A stretch of DNA of 64,000 bases from Lytechinus pictus (taxonomy: Eukaryota). Below, one piece after another: positions 1-13,486 of the stretch. The position numbers were made by a program, and so were the translations under genes. The stretch lies in contig NC_087246.1 of the NCBI RefSeq assembly GCF_037042905.1, positions 868,001-932,000 on the forward strand, read 5' to 3'. How positions within the stretch are numbered: the first letter of the stretch is position 1; each line of letters begins with the position of its first letter. The notes under the pieces were generated by a model, which was given only the letters and a program-made list of their open reading frames with translations, did not search any database and was not told the DNA's origin.

Positions 1-1349
1 GATAGAACCACAGTTGGTATGAAAAAAAAATGATAGCCTATCATTTTGGTATAGGGCCTTAGCCTACCTATAGTGCCTTGAGCTCTTTCACAAAAGTAGA
101 AAATTATTGTAGCTTGTTGGTGGGTATTTTTTATATTTGATGGCAGTCTGTATGTTATAAGAGTTAAATTTATATATTACATAGGTTATTTTGATTTAGA
201 TCGGTGATAGGTCAACATGTTATCATAGCTGCAAGGATCGCATTTGTTATATTCTCTTTGTTTGAATTGGATGTCACTTCAGTGAATATAACATTGGTAA
301 TGAATTGATAAAATATGGAGGAATGTTATATTCAATTATTATTTCATCACTAAACAAGTCTTGGGATTGATTCATAAAGTTACATGTCAATGTTGGATGC
401 CTGAGTTTTAAGACTAATTTTTTTCTACGACTAATTTTTCTTCTTTTACTTTCCTACATCCACAATAATGTACATTTCTTTATATTATGGTTGATATCCT
501 TACTTGGTTTATTTTCCTTTCAATCGTGTGCGTTTCCTATTTTGTACATATTTGCAATGTTTTTTATATTATTGTGGAAATAAATGATTTGATTTGAATT
601 ATTCACGACTTTATGCTCTACTTTATGCAAAAATTTACACATGACATATGCTATTTTTTGTGTGCTTAAAGATTATTGCCCTACAAGAATTTTAATCTGA
701 TATTATCAGATTTCATCTTATCAGCAATCATATTGATTGAGAATCTAATTTGGTAGCCCAGAATGGGTCACCAATCTTACTGAAAGTCAATTCTTGCATT
801 ACTTATAAACAGCTTTATGAAACACAACCCTGGCAAGATATGAGTTCAAATCTTATTTTCTCTAGCACTGCAGGTGAAAATAACGATTGCTAGAATTAAG
901 GGATCCCCTTTGCCTGTAGGCTAAGAGCAATGGAAGATTTTACATTGGTTTTAGACTCAGCTTTTTGTAGATGATTGTTGAATATATCCACCTGCCATGG
1001 AATAGTTTTTATGAATAATACTGATAATAAAAAATGCCATTGATTATGAAAAAAAATTATAGAAGCCCTGGTATAGGTCAAGTTAATGTGGTATTTGATC
1101 AGAAAGCAAGTTGTATAATTAAATCAATAAAAGGAGAGTAAGGATCATCCCTAAAACTTCAATATTTCAATGAATGATAGTTTTAAGAACATTGTCAACA
1201 ATAAGTGTATGAATTGTTTTACCAATCAAGGTGAAGTTTAGCCCAGCAAAACATTCATATAAATTATGATGGCATTCTCTTTTTCTCTTTGTCTCTGTAT
1301 CTTCTCCCTTTCTCTGTCCCCCTCCCTCCCTCTAATATGTCACTATTAG

Positions 1350-3974
1350 GTTGGTATCATGGCTAAAAAATTCAATATTCCTGGAGTTGCTCGTGATGCA
1401 CCTCAGCTCTCTCTCCCTGGGAAACTCATATTCCCAAGGTAAATATTAATTTATTAATGTTTGTTTCTAATCATTTTATTATTTCATGATGTAGAAGATT
1501 GGATGATGTAATGGTCATATGGCTGTTTAATGGTTAACCCTTTCCTCGTTAAATGGAAAGGAATTAATTGGAATTAGTCTCTTAAAGGAATTACCTACCA
1601 AATCAATTACCAGATTTTCTTTCTTTTTTTCTCCCCTCTTGTTTCAGCAAGAATGTTGAAATTAAAAGCAGTTGCAAAGTATTCTTTACACATTTGTGTG
1701 AAGCCCTTATATTGATCAAGATAATAATGTGAAATTTCTAAACTACCATAAATTATGGTAATGGTGATGATTATTAAATAATGTGAAATAATATTCTGAG
1801 GAGTTTTTATCTCAGATTTATCATATTCACCACCCCCCCCCCCCTCAGAATAAAAAATATATAATAAAAAAAAAACATAACATTAGAAAGTAATGGCATG
1901 AAAGTAACTCACAGGGAAGTTAGTTAGGATAGGGGACAATGATTTGACCTTGTCCATAATTTTCAAGGCATACTTTCCTAAGAGTAAGTATCCTTGTGGG
2001 ATAGTTCCTCCTGACAGTGTTCACACAGATAAGCTTTTCTTATGTGAACAACAATCAGTTCTGTTTGAATGTCCTGGTTTGGTGAACAGTGTGATCATGC
2101 TTGTGATGGGTTTGCAATTACATTTTATTTATTCACTCTCTTTCTCATACATAATACATTCAAGATAGAGATGAGAAGATGGCAATAAGATGACAGTAAA
2201 TCCAGAATGTAAATTAGAAGACGAGAGAAGTGTGACCTTTGATGGTTATTGAAGCTGGGCTGTCAAGTCAGAATTAACTCCCTGACAGTTAAATGATATT
2301 AGGCATGACAAAATAAGTGTCTCCTGAATTTTATATTGATGATTTAGTTAATGATTTGTAAATTAAAAAAAACATCTCTACCAGATTGCTCAGTAAACCT
2401 TAATGTTAATTTGAAGCTCAACATATTGTTGAGGCAGACCAATCATCTAAAACTACTGACTTCCTCTGCTCGTCTTTACCTTTACTTCCAACGAGGCTTC
2501 AGACTATGAAGATGGGTGACGGTTGTTTTACACTACCCCAGGGCTATCGTGTGATAAGAGTTGATTTGGGTCACCCAACGATATTGATATCATAGATCTA
2601 AAGAAAATGGCCATCTATAATTACTCAACCTCCTACGAAATGACCTACCATCTTACGATTAGAAAATCCTCATTGAATATAATGTTCTCAACTTCAACCA
2701 TCTTTCATTCATTTCGTTTGACAGCATGCACAACTCAGGTCACTTCTCGATGCTTGGTCTGGGTGATATTGTCATGCCTGGTCTTCTACTATGTTTCGTC
2801 ATGCGTTATGATAATTACAAAAGGCAACAGACTGATACCGTTGCACCTGCTCCTATCTTACCACCAAACGGCATAACTCAAAAACTTACATACTTTCATT
2901 GTTCTCTCGTCGGTTACTTTGTAGGTAAGTCTTAAAAGCTATTGCCTTTTACCGTAATTCTAAAGGGGCATGAACTAAAGGAGCTGTACCACATAGTGAA
3001 TTTCCTGCTATAATAGTTTCCTTGACAAAAACTCTCTTTTCTTATGAAGCTTTTCTAAAGTAACTTTAAAAATTTATGACATATCCCAGATTACGTATAC
3101 ATTTAATATGTTCAATTAAAGATTATGTAAATCCTCATGGGTAAATGAAATGATCCACCTTTTTGTACATCTGACCCTCTTTTTCTCTCCAATCTTCCTT
3201 CGCTTTATGAACTCCTCAAGTTACAAACATTTTCATAAGAATTAGAAGACATAGAAAACAGGAAGGTCTCACATACAGGGGATGGGACATGTATACTTGA
3301 TGGAATTAGCATCATAAGTTTTTACCAGTACACCCTTTACCTCCATTCAATTAAAGAACAGTATCAAAAGTTACATGATGGATGATGCAGTCGAGATCCT
3401 AACCTATATAAACTGAATATGTCAGTTTGTCTCATTTCTTGACGTAGGATTATTAACAGCAACGATATCATCAGAGGTCTACAAGAACGCCCAGCCAGCA
3501 TTGTTATATCTTGTTCCATTCACGCTACTCCCATTGCTTATAATGGCTTATCTTAAGGTACGTCATAATCTTCATCGTAATGTTTGAGGGTAGAGATCCT
3601 TAGGGGGTGGAATGTTATCATATTTCTTTAATATATTCTTCAACATCTCAAAGCACATTCTCCTGTGGTAATGTCTCTTCTATAGCACTGAACACTTGAT
3701 ACTAAATTTATCATAAATGCACAGTGTTATCCTGCTGCCAACTCCATAACATTGATCTAATTGATCATCCTAGGATTAGCAGTCCTCATCCTGGTGAGCC
3801 CAATCCAAGTCACTCAGACTTTCTTTCTGACGATCTGTAAATATGTTGTTCAGTTATGTTGAGACTGCTTTGAAATAATGTCATTTCTGTTTGTCTCCCT
3901 CTCAGGGTGATCTTCGTCGCATGTGGCATGAGCCATTTATCAAGAGCACACAGAACAAGTACATGGAGGTATGA
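1350..3974 (+). CDS. SPPL3: Signal peptide peptidase-like 3 (GxGD aspartyl intramembrane protease), last four coding exons; 5' part lies outside the window
   Basis: Exons 1350-1438, 2725-2924, 3448-3557, 3906-3974, all AG/GT bounded and phase-compatible. Translation: [59 protein letters not shown]...[70 protein letters not shown]. Contains the GLGD and QPALLY motifs, and the C-terminus is typical of SPPL3. Confidence 0.95.
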
Positions 3975-5764
3975 CAGGAGAGTAACAAACTGCACGTTGT
4001 GTAAATGAACTCAGATGGGAAATGAGTGCGCATGGAAAGTGAATACGGATTGATGGAAGATTCCATCTTGGATTCAGAAGAAATGTTTGCTGGAGTAAAG
4101 TGAAATGTTGAAATGGACAGAGCGTGAAGATGCACTTGTCAATGTCGCTGGTCATCGCTAGTCTTTGATCAAGAATGTATCTCTGTATATTAGTAAGATC
4201 AGAGATCGGACGATGATGCCATATCTAAATATTCTTTAGTTTCACGTTAACAAGAACCATCGCTTCGCTTCTTGCTTTTGTCTAAAAAACTTGACTCAGT
4301 AGCCACACTTCAGGGAATGTCTGGATCTGTTGCAATTGGTTGGATGTAGTTTTAGAGTCTTCTGTCCGAGAAATATTGAAAAAGGGCAGGGAAAATGAAA
4401 GTGGTCGGTTTGAATGCTTCAAGTGAGAAAAACATTACAATTGAAAGTTCGTGGACAGTGAGAAACATTGTTATTAATGTTTGATGTAGATGCAGTGACG
4501 GGTACGACCATGGTTTGCTTAACTGAAATAATATGAATTTAATAGAATGCGTTTGAAAAGACTTTATGAAAGAGTGATGGATCATTGTTGGGAAGAGGAT
4601 CATGGGAAGGAGAATCATGACTAGCCGCAACCAGTGATGTCATCATCTATCAATGTATATGCAAGATAACGTAGAATGATTTTGATTGGTGTATGCTAAG
4701 CTTTGATTAGCTCATGGTATTGGTAAAAACTTTAATTGGGTGCCTGTGTATTCAAGGGTCAAACTATGTACATTGGTAGAGAGGTTTATGGGCGGTTAGC
4801 GAGAATACTAATCATACTGGATTATAAATACAAAGAGCTTTTGAAATATATGTACGAAATTATGTTGGTGTTCCTTATGTGAGCACCATATGATGTATAA
4901 TCATTGTGGCATATAAAAGTTACTGTATGACAATCTGGTAGCTTCAGCTTCAATAACAGTATCATTCATAAATGAGGTTCAAATCCTGGATAGTATCAAC
5001 TTATGTAAGTGTACTAAAATGAGTGTTAATAAGAGCATTATGCTCATATGTGTGTGCTGAAATCAAGCCAATAATTGGACCATAACATGTTAATGAGTGC
5101 TCTTGGAAAAGACTTAGTATTATTTGAATTAACTACGTTTTAATCCTATTTATGAATTCAAGCTCTCGATCGTAGATGTCACTTTATGTAAAATGATTTT
5201 GTAAAAGTTTTGATCAAACTGTTTTCAAATTCTGTCATCCTGAATTTACTTTTCATTCTCTGATTACGAGAAATTTCAAATTCTCTTTCTCTCTTTGGAT
5301 AAAAATAAAAAGTTGAATTTTTACCAAAAGATCAAGCTACAGTTTGATTCACAAGGGAATTAAAAGGTAGTGAGACAAAAGTAATATTGACTTTTCTCAC
5401 CCTTATCATCATGACACCAAAGCATAAAATCTACCAGTGAGAATAGGTTTGATTGATAGATAGAATGCATTAGTGTATCAGCAATCAAAATCAAGCTTTA
5501 CATATTTTCTTCCTATACTATTGTTCCTTTCAAATATTATTACCAACTCATGATTGTGCTTATGTGTGTTTGTCAATTGTGGTTATGTAATTAACTGGTC
5601 CAAAGGTAGTAGAATTTGCTTAGAAAAGATGACAAAGTCTATTAACCCACTATCTTCACATCATTAATTAATTCCAAAGAATCAATCATTACTGTCATCA
5701 AAGTTTTTAACATGAGTACTTTCTTCTTACATACCTGTATGCTATGAAAAAAAAACAATGATCG

Positions 5765-6520
5765 GTTTTTGTCTCACCTGCATAGCAGAGTGAGACTAAA
5801 GGTGCCGCTTTTCCGACGGCGGTGGCGTCAACACCAAATCTTAACCGAAGGTTAAGTTTTTGAAATGACAGCATAACTTAGAAAGTATATTGTCCTAGTT
5901 CATGAAACTTGGCCATAAGCTTAATCAAGTATTACTGGACATCCTGCCTGAGTTTCAGGTCACATGACCAAGACGAAAGGTCATTTAGGGTCAATGAACT
6001 TAGACCATGTTGGGGGAATCAACATCAAAATCTTAACCTAAGGTTAAGTTTTTGAAATTACAGCATAACTTAGAAAATATATGGACCTAGTTCATGAAAC
6101 TTGGACATAAGGTTAATCAAGTATCACTGAACATCCTGCATGAGTTTCACGTCACATGAATAAGGTCAAAGGTCATTTAGGGTCAATGAACTTTGGCCGA
6201 ATTGGGGGTATCTGTTGAATTAACATCATAGCTTTGAAAGTTTATAGATCTGATTCATGAAACTTGGACATAATAGTAATCAAGTATCACTGAACATCCT
6301 GTGCAAGTTTCAGGTCACATGATTAAGGTCAAAGGTCATTTAGGGTCAATGAACTTTGGCCAAATTGGGGGTATTTGTTGAATTACCATCATAACTTTGA
6401 AAGTATATTGGTTTAGTTCATAAAACTTGGACATAAGAGTAATCAAGTATCACTGAACATCCTATGCGCATTTCAGGTCACATGACCAAGGTCAAAGGTC
6501 AATGAACTTTGGCCGAATTT
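5765..6520 (+). mobile_element. Helentron/DINE-like non-autonomous element with internal ~163-192 bp tandem units, 3' truncated
   Basis: Starts TTTTTGTCTCACCTG...GTGAGAC (short subterminal IR) and a GGCGGTGGCG stretch. About 4 units follow, containing CATGAAACTTGGACATAAG and AGGTCAAAGGTCA. A diverged copy lies at ~58760-59280. Confidence 0.55.
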
Positions 6521-6976
6521 AGGACTGACCGAGGATTGACCAGAGGGAGCGCACTTTTCCACAAAACTTGACAAGAAAAAAGATGTTATCACCACTCACT
6601 GGCTATATTTTCTCATTAATATAATATGACAAGCAAAAAGAGAAGAAAGGAACGTCTGTGGGGGGGTGCACGAAGGCCCACTGCTCTTCCCCCCCCCCCT
6701 CTCTTTCCCCCTCTCTCTCTTTCTCCTCCTTTCTCAACTTCCCTCATTTTGGACATATGAATGATATGTTATTGTCATTTGTTTTATTGGACGGACACGT
6801 TATTGCCATCTATTATTTATTTGTATTATTAGATTAAAATGTTTAGAATATGAATGTTTTAAGAACAGAGCAAGACTTGAAGCATTTACATTTTTTATTT
6901 TATTTTCTCCAATTGGTTTATGGCCTTTTCTCATAGTTTTACAGATCTTGGAATCTTGTTAAGATTTGAGAGCATT

Positions 6977-8195
6977 GGGTGATTTCAAGTACGGTGTTGA
7001 AATCTGGTGTTGGTGTTGTGACAACACCAACACCAGCCACAACACCGTACTTGAAATCAGGCTGGTGTTGGGATTGACCTCGGAAAATATGACGTATTTC
7101 CGGCAGTTCGTGTTGAATGCTGGTGTTGAATGTCGTCTGCTGAACCCAGCACTGCGGCTGGTGTTGACGATCTACGTGCAATATCCCCATTCACCAACAC
7201 CAACCCCCCGGGGGGGCCACTTCCATTGACGAGTGGATACCATGCGCGACCATGGGGTCTCAAAAAGCACCCTAAACACGTATTTTCCATATTCTGAAAA
7301 TGCACCCTTTAACACTTATTGGCGTGTGAAACCCTACCCTTAACAAGTATTGGAAACAAAACAATACTCTTGGCAAGTATTCGAAATGAACCCCTAAACA
7401 AGTACAGGAATATTTTGTCACGGGTCCTTCGGTCGTTGGTTTTACACATCATTTGCTTTAGTACGACCCCACCTTCCACACCTCGTGCAAATCGGACTCT
7501 AAACAAAAAGTGTTGGGGCAAAAAGGACATCCTTTATAAAACATTTTAAATTTGTTTTATCATCCCCGCAAATTTGACCCTAAACACGTAACTTTCCTAG
7601 CGAAATAGATATCCCTTTTCATTATTTTTGTGTTTTTGACACCCTTATCACGTTACGTACGTAACGTGCCCTATCTTGAAAAAGACATCCTTTTTACGTG
7701 TTTTTTTTTTGGTCGCGCATGGTATCCACTCGTCAATGTAAGTGGCCCCCCGGGACCAACCCCCAGGGATTGGGAAAATCATGATTTCAAGTTCGGTGTT
7801 GGTGTTGGCAATCTCAAGCTCGTGAACAGGCGGCGAACACGATGAAACATCCCCGTAAAATTAGCTTTTACAGTTAAGATGAGTACAAATCATTTGAGCT
7901 GTATATATTTTGATGAAGAATAATGTTCACTCTTTCGAATTCTTGAATTAATTAAAACATTGGTATTCTGTACGATGAGAATTTAATGCATTTCTCTCCG
8001 ATTTCATTTTCGTCGTCGAGACTTCTCGCGTGAACTTGAGATGATTTAGCAGCGCAGCGCAGAGGCGTGACGTCATGTGCTATCGATAACGCAATCGGTA
8101 TGATCGTATCATTCCTCTGAACCCAGCTCGGTGTTGGAGCTCGGTTCAGCGGCCTTTTTACGCTCTCAACACCAACACCGAACTTGAAATCACCC
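6977..8195. mobile_element. Non-autonomous TIR element (PIF/Harbinger-like MITE)
   Basis: TIRs GGGTGATTTCAAGT(A/T)CGGTGTTG ... CAACACCGAACTTGAAATCACCC with a 3-bp ATT duplication on both flanks. A partial inverted copy lies at ~54295-54593. Confidence 0.8.
7207..7754. mobile_element. MITE nested in the preceding element
   Basis: ~45-bp TIRs CCCGGGGGG..CCACTT.CATTGACGAGTGGATACCATGCGCGACC. 8-bp TSD ACCAACCC at 7199-7206 and 7755-7762. Confidence 0.9.
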
Positions 8196-8974
8196 ATTGT
8201 ATCTTACCATTGAACGGCTAGTAAGGGGTTTCTCTTTTTCTAAACACTTTACCAAAATGTGTATTTCCTCTGCTTTTATCATATATTCACCATTAAATCA
8301 TTAGACTTATTTCCCTAAAAATACATTATTTTACTTTGATTTGTTAGATTATGTTCTCTGTAAACTTCTAATTCAAAGTTCAGTTGCATCGGGACTGCTC
8401 AAAAAAGAGTTGTGATTGAACCAACCAATATTTTAAATATACAAAAAGCCATTGATGTCATAATTCTTCCTGTATATGCACTGTCTGTATGTAAACAAAG
8501 AAGAGAATGGTTATTGATTTTTAAAAATGGCACAGTACAGGGTGTTACATTTAGACTTTCAAAGAACCTATGTATTCCAAGTTAGGATTGAATTAATCAT
8601 AACTGCTTGTAATACAGGGTCTAGTAAGAGAAAAACACTCATGTAATATTTCATACAAGATTATCCTAACATTGCTCATCATTCTCTTCTAATGTTTTCT
8701 TAATGCTTATGGGTTTCATTTCTTTTCAGATTTTGATCAAGGTAATGCCTACCAAGCCTTGAAGAAATGTAACAGAGATGTTTATCAATCATAAATTACA
8801 CTGCAACATGTTGATTATACATGAACAGTTGTAATTGATTCAATATGATTGTGACTTTCTATCAATGGCTGCTCTACAATAGAGTTTGCAAGCTTGAGAT
8901 AGAAATTAAGGGATACCATTCATCTGGGATTAATCACAACTCCTTAATATATGGAGAGTCATGAACAATCATGT

Positions 8975-9278
8975 TGATTTGATTTAATATGGTGATCCTT
9001 CAGGCTTCTCTATCAATCTGATTTGATTTAATATGGTGATCTTCTAATAATGACCTTCAGGCTTCTCTATCAATCTGATTTGATTTAATATGGTGATCCT
9101 TCAGGCTTCTCTATCAATCTGATTTGATTTAATATGGTGATCCTTCAGGCTTCTCTATCAATCTGATTTGATTTAATATGGTGATCCTTCAGGCTTCTCT
9201 ATCAATCTGATTTGATTTAATATGGTGATCCTTCAGGCTTCTCTATCAATCTGATTTGATTTAATATGGTGATCTTCT
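8975..9278. repeat. 44-bp minisatellite, about 6.5 copies
   Basis: Unit TGATTTGATTTAATATGGTGATCCTTCAGGCTTCTCTATCAATC repeated almost perfectly (e.g. 9061 and 9105). Confidence 0.95.
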
Positions 9279-10226
9279 AATCATGTTGGTGGTAAATAGT
9301 ATAGCACTAAATGTTGCACTAGTGTGAATCTCAAGTAGTCTTTATCTTGTAGTTTTTGTACTGTATAAAATATTTAAAGAAAAATGATGGTATATAAATA
9401 AATCCAAACTCAGCAGTATTTGTGGATGGAGATCATGTAATCGATGGGTATAAATATTTTTTCTTTTATGATCATTGTTGACAAAATGTGGTTGTGTGCA
9501 GTTTATATGCCCAAACTTACATACACCCAGTGAAAATAAAATGCTGATCTTGAAAATGTGTCACAAAATAAAGAAATGGTCATCTTGCTTGTTTAGTTCA
9601 GTCTTTGTTTCACCCATGAAAATAAAATAGATTTAGAAAGAGAAAGGATGATAAGAATATTAAAGAAGGTAGAGATGGAAGGTGAGAGACATGTGGAGTG
9701 GGTAAGAGTAAAGTAAGAGAAGTGGAGGAATGGTAGAAGGGAAGGGAGATAGTAAAATAGAAGAGATGGATAAAAAAGTAAGGGGGGAAGAGGGAGAAAT
9801 GGGAGGCATGGGGAAGATGAAAGTCTGCATGTGGATAAATTTATTTTTTTTAATGTAGTTTTTCATGTACACGTGTGTTTGAATGAACGCCTAATTTTTT
9901 CTAGAGTAAGGAATTTACTTAACACCGCTATTTTATCCTAAACTTTAATAAATGGAAATGCTATAGGCATTATTGGTACCTGTTAATATGCACTCTTTTA
10001 AAATGAATTATCCTGTCATTCTTCATGCTGGACCGCAAGTCAAAGTCTGATTTCCATGACGGATGTTGCAAATAACTTATACTTGTAAGTTTCATCCAAC
10101 GAGGCTCAAGGATTTGTTCCCCTTCAAATTTCGAGGTTATTTTAGTTTTATTCTTCACTGCACAATCATCAATTATAAATGTAAATTTTAGTATGTGTAA
10201 AGTTCACAAACAAACATATGTATATT

Positions 10227-10593
10227 AAGCCCGTCTCACACAGCGATCCGATACGACTTATTTTATTTTATATATCACATTTTGCATTAAATATGATAGT
10301 TCCAAAAATATTTGAAGTTCGGCATAATGTGAGGAATAATGAAATCATAAGCTTGCTTTACGGCAAGCCCTGTTGGAGTAAAGTCAAAATCGGCTTCAAG
10401 TCGCAGCCGATGATGACGTCATTATGATCTGGAATTGAATTTGTTTTTATTCCTACATTGAGGCTCGAACTACATTGAATTTTTATTTCAGTAGTCCTAC
10501 AACTATTCTGACCTCTGATGGCTAATACTTCATTGGTTGGAATGTTCATGTCAAATGTCTTTGAAAACGAATCGCATAGTGTGAGCTGGGCTT
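10227..10593. mobile_element. MITE with imperfect TIRs
   Basis: AAGCCCGTCTCACACAGCGAT ... ATCGCATAGTGTGAGCTGGGCTT. Confidence 0.6.
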
Positions 10594-11631
10594 TATATGT
10601 AGACCTAATATAGATATATATATATATACAATGAATATAATTTAGGAATGCATTCAATTGTAGAACATAGCATTAGAAATAAAGAAAACGTCTCCTTGAT
10701 AAATATTACCACTGAAAAAAGACAACTTGCTCAAAAAAGCAACAAAAAAGAGGCATAGTAATAATTAGTACAAAATAAAAAAATTAAACATATATTACAT
10801 TATACATGCTCATTCAAATGATTAGAGTAACACAAAATAAGACACATATATGATAAAAGAATAGAAATATCAAATAATAATTATACAGTCAAGAGGGAGC
10901 TTTTTAAGAGATTTTCAAAAATAAAGTTAGATTTACGTAGTACTGAAATCAAAACCAAAGCGGAAAGTTTATTTGATGAAGGCTGAAGAAAATTTAACTA
11001 AATGAAAATCATTATTTTTTTTCGAGTGTTATAGTATTGCTTTTTATCTGAAACATCTGTTAAACAATCAATTTTGGAAATCAAAAAATCTATGCAATCC
11101 TCAGCATTATGTGTGTTGTTCGTTTTTGTTTTCTAAATCACAAGCGAAGGCCAGAGCTCCGTCACACAAATACAACAAAATTCTGTTTGATAAATGGCTA
11201 TTAGTCTTTTGTATAAATTGCGCTAACAACGATCCTGATTAGGTATTGCAACTTTTTCGATTGATTACTGTTTCTATTTTGTGCAATTTAGACTTTCATG
11301 TCATGTAGTTTGCTCTTAATTGTAGAAAATCTAAATGTTAGTAGACCCTGCCCCTAGATGGATTTATGTAACACAATGATCTGTATGATTAAAACATAAT
11401 CAGTAGCGAACACAATAGCACGCATTAAATTTTTCAAAAGAATGTTTTTAATTGCATTGAAATGCAACTAAGAGGGTCCATTGATTGCCTTGAAAATGGT
11501 TCAAATTTAATAACTGGTAATGGTGACTAAGTGGTAAAGCATCTTCATGAACTGAAGGGGTTACATCGCTGATTTCTAAAACTTTATTTAGTTTAGTTTA
11601 TTCGTATTTCATTCAAGTACATTGATTGATT

Positions 11632-12660
11632 ACCTCAGGGTTCTGTGGGCGGGCCAACTCTCTTTTCGATTTATTTATCTGGATTGCGACAAGTTCTGTT
11701 GAAACACGACATAAAATACCATATTTATGCAGACGACATCCAACTCATGATTTCCTTTAATTCGGATCAACTAGCTGCAGAAAGTTCCATCCATCGTCTT
11801 GAATGTTGCATGGTTGATGTTCACAATTGGCTGACTTCTCACTCTCTTAAGTTGAATCCAGCCAAATGTGAATTTCTTCTTTTTGGCTCCAAGGTACAGC
11901 TAAGTAAAATCCACATCGACTCAATCTCATTTTCTGGCCTCACTGTACATTTGTCAAGTTCTTGTCGCAATCTCGGTATAGTTTTTGATTCTCACATGAC
12001 AATGTCGAATCACATTTCTTTTATTTGTAGATCCGTTCGCTACCAATTGCGAAATATTGGTTTTATTAGAAAATACTTGTCTCGACCGGCCACAGAAAAA
12101 TTGGTTCACGCTTTAATTTCGTCCCGTCTCGATTTTGGAAACTCCCTTTTGTTTAATCTACCACAGAATCTGTTAGTCAAAGTTCAGAAACTTCAAAATG
12201 CTGCCGCTCGCATCGTTTCTCTATCCACCAGGCGCACTCACATTACTCCTATTTTAAGATCCTTACATTGGCTCCCTGTAAAGCAGCGTATTATGTTCAA
12301 GATTTTGTTGTTAACTTTTCATTGTGTTCATGGCTCATCTCCCCAGTACCTTATTTCACTTATCAAAAGTTATACCCCTTCAAGATCCTTACGTTCCTCC
12401 TTTTCCAATTCTCTTGTTGCCCCAAAAATTTCCAAAACCTGGGGTGAAAGATCATTTGTTTACTCATCCTCTAAGCTATGGAATAGCCTCCCTCAAAACA
12501 TAAAACAATGCTTGACTTCTGAAACTTTTAAACATTACCTCAAAACATTTCTGTTCAATTCTTCTTAATTTCTTTTATAATTTCCTAAAAAGCGCCTTGA
12601 GCACTCTACAGAGTGGATTTGGCGCGATATAAGTCTAATTATTATTATTATTATTATTAC
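11632..12660 (+). mobile_element. 5'-truncated L2/CR1-group LINE, RT C-terminal part with open frame
   Basis: PQGSVGGPTLF...YHIYADDIQL...LKLNPAKCE...NLGIVFD...SRLDFGNSL...LQNAAAR...HITPILRSLHWLPV in ORF 11645-12568. A short 3' UTR ends in a (TAT)n tail at ~12638-12660. Confidence 0.92.
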
Positions 12661-13486
12661 ATCTTGTCAAAATTGTACATTCCATCTGGAAAAATAAATC
12701 ATCTATATACACCAATATTAAAAAGAAATAATGCGGAAGAGTCTACTGAAAAACCAAAGCTGTGTAACCTGCCAAATAGACATTTGAATACAATATATGT
12801 ACATGTATGATTAAAACCAAACAAATCAAAGTAATTAAATATAGAAAAACACTAACAAAAATGTATTTACATGATATACAAATATACACATATAAGAAAC
12901 GATCAAGTTGAAGAAATTTCGAAGAAGGCTTCATTATTCCACTATACCTAGTTCATTTCGTCAGATAGTGAAGAAATGAAAGGAAACTAAGTGGAATAAT
13001 TGAGCCTTATTCAACTTTTTTCAATTTTTTGGGGTGGCCTATTTTCTTATTTTCTTTCCATGACGGAGAATACAGGGCCTTCTGATAGAGCATTTTCATA
13101 ACTGGCTACCTGGCTAAGTGAATTATTATCATTGTTATGATATCAATTATTATCATTATAAATACTGTAATTAGTATTATTAATATCATTATTATTTTTT
13201 TTTTTTTTCAGGGATGTATGGCACAATAATTGAATAACATATCCATTTCATATACTTCAAAACTCCCTACCAAAACAGGAAAAAAGAAATCAGATAGAAA
13301 TAGATATTGATATATTTGAATGAATTGCTCATGTTTGTTTATTTTAAAAATAATTACATAAGAGATATCCCCTGTATTCGACTAAGTGTAAGTCAATAAT
13401 CGAATAAACTTTCATAATCTTAAAATGCGAGACTAAAAATCCACTTCACGCCAAATAATCTAGTGAAGATGTCAAAGAACGATCGT

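Noticed and set aside
2385..2700. Cassette exon or nested gene in an SPPL3 intron
   Set aside because: Only short open frames with no phase-compatible splice pair or recognisable protein.
8975..9278. CRISPR-like regular repeat
   Set aside because: Units are directly tandem with no unique spacers, there are no cas genes, and the context is eukaryotic.
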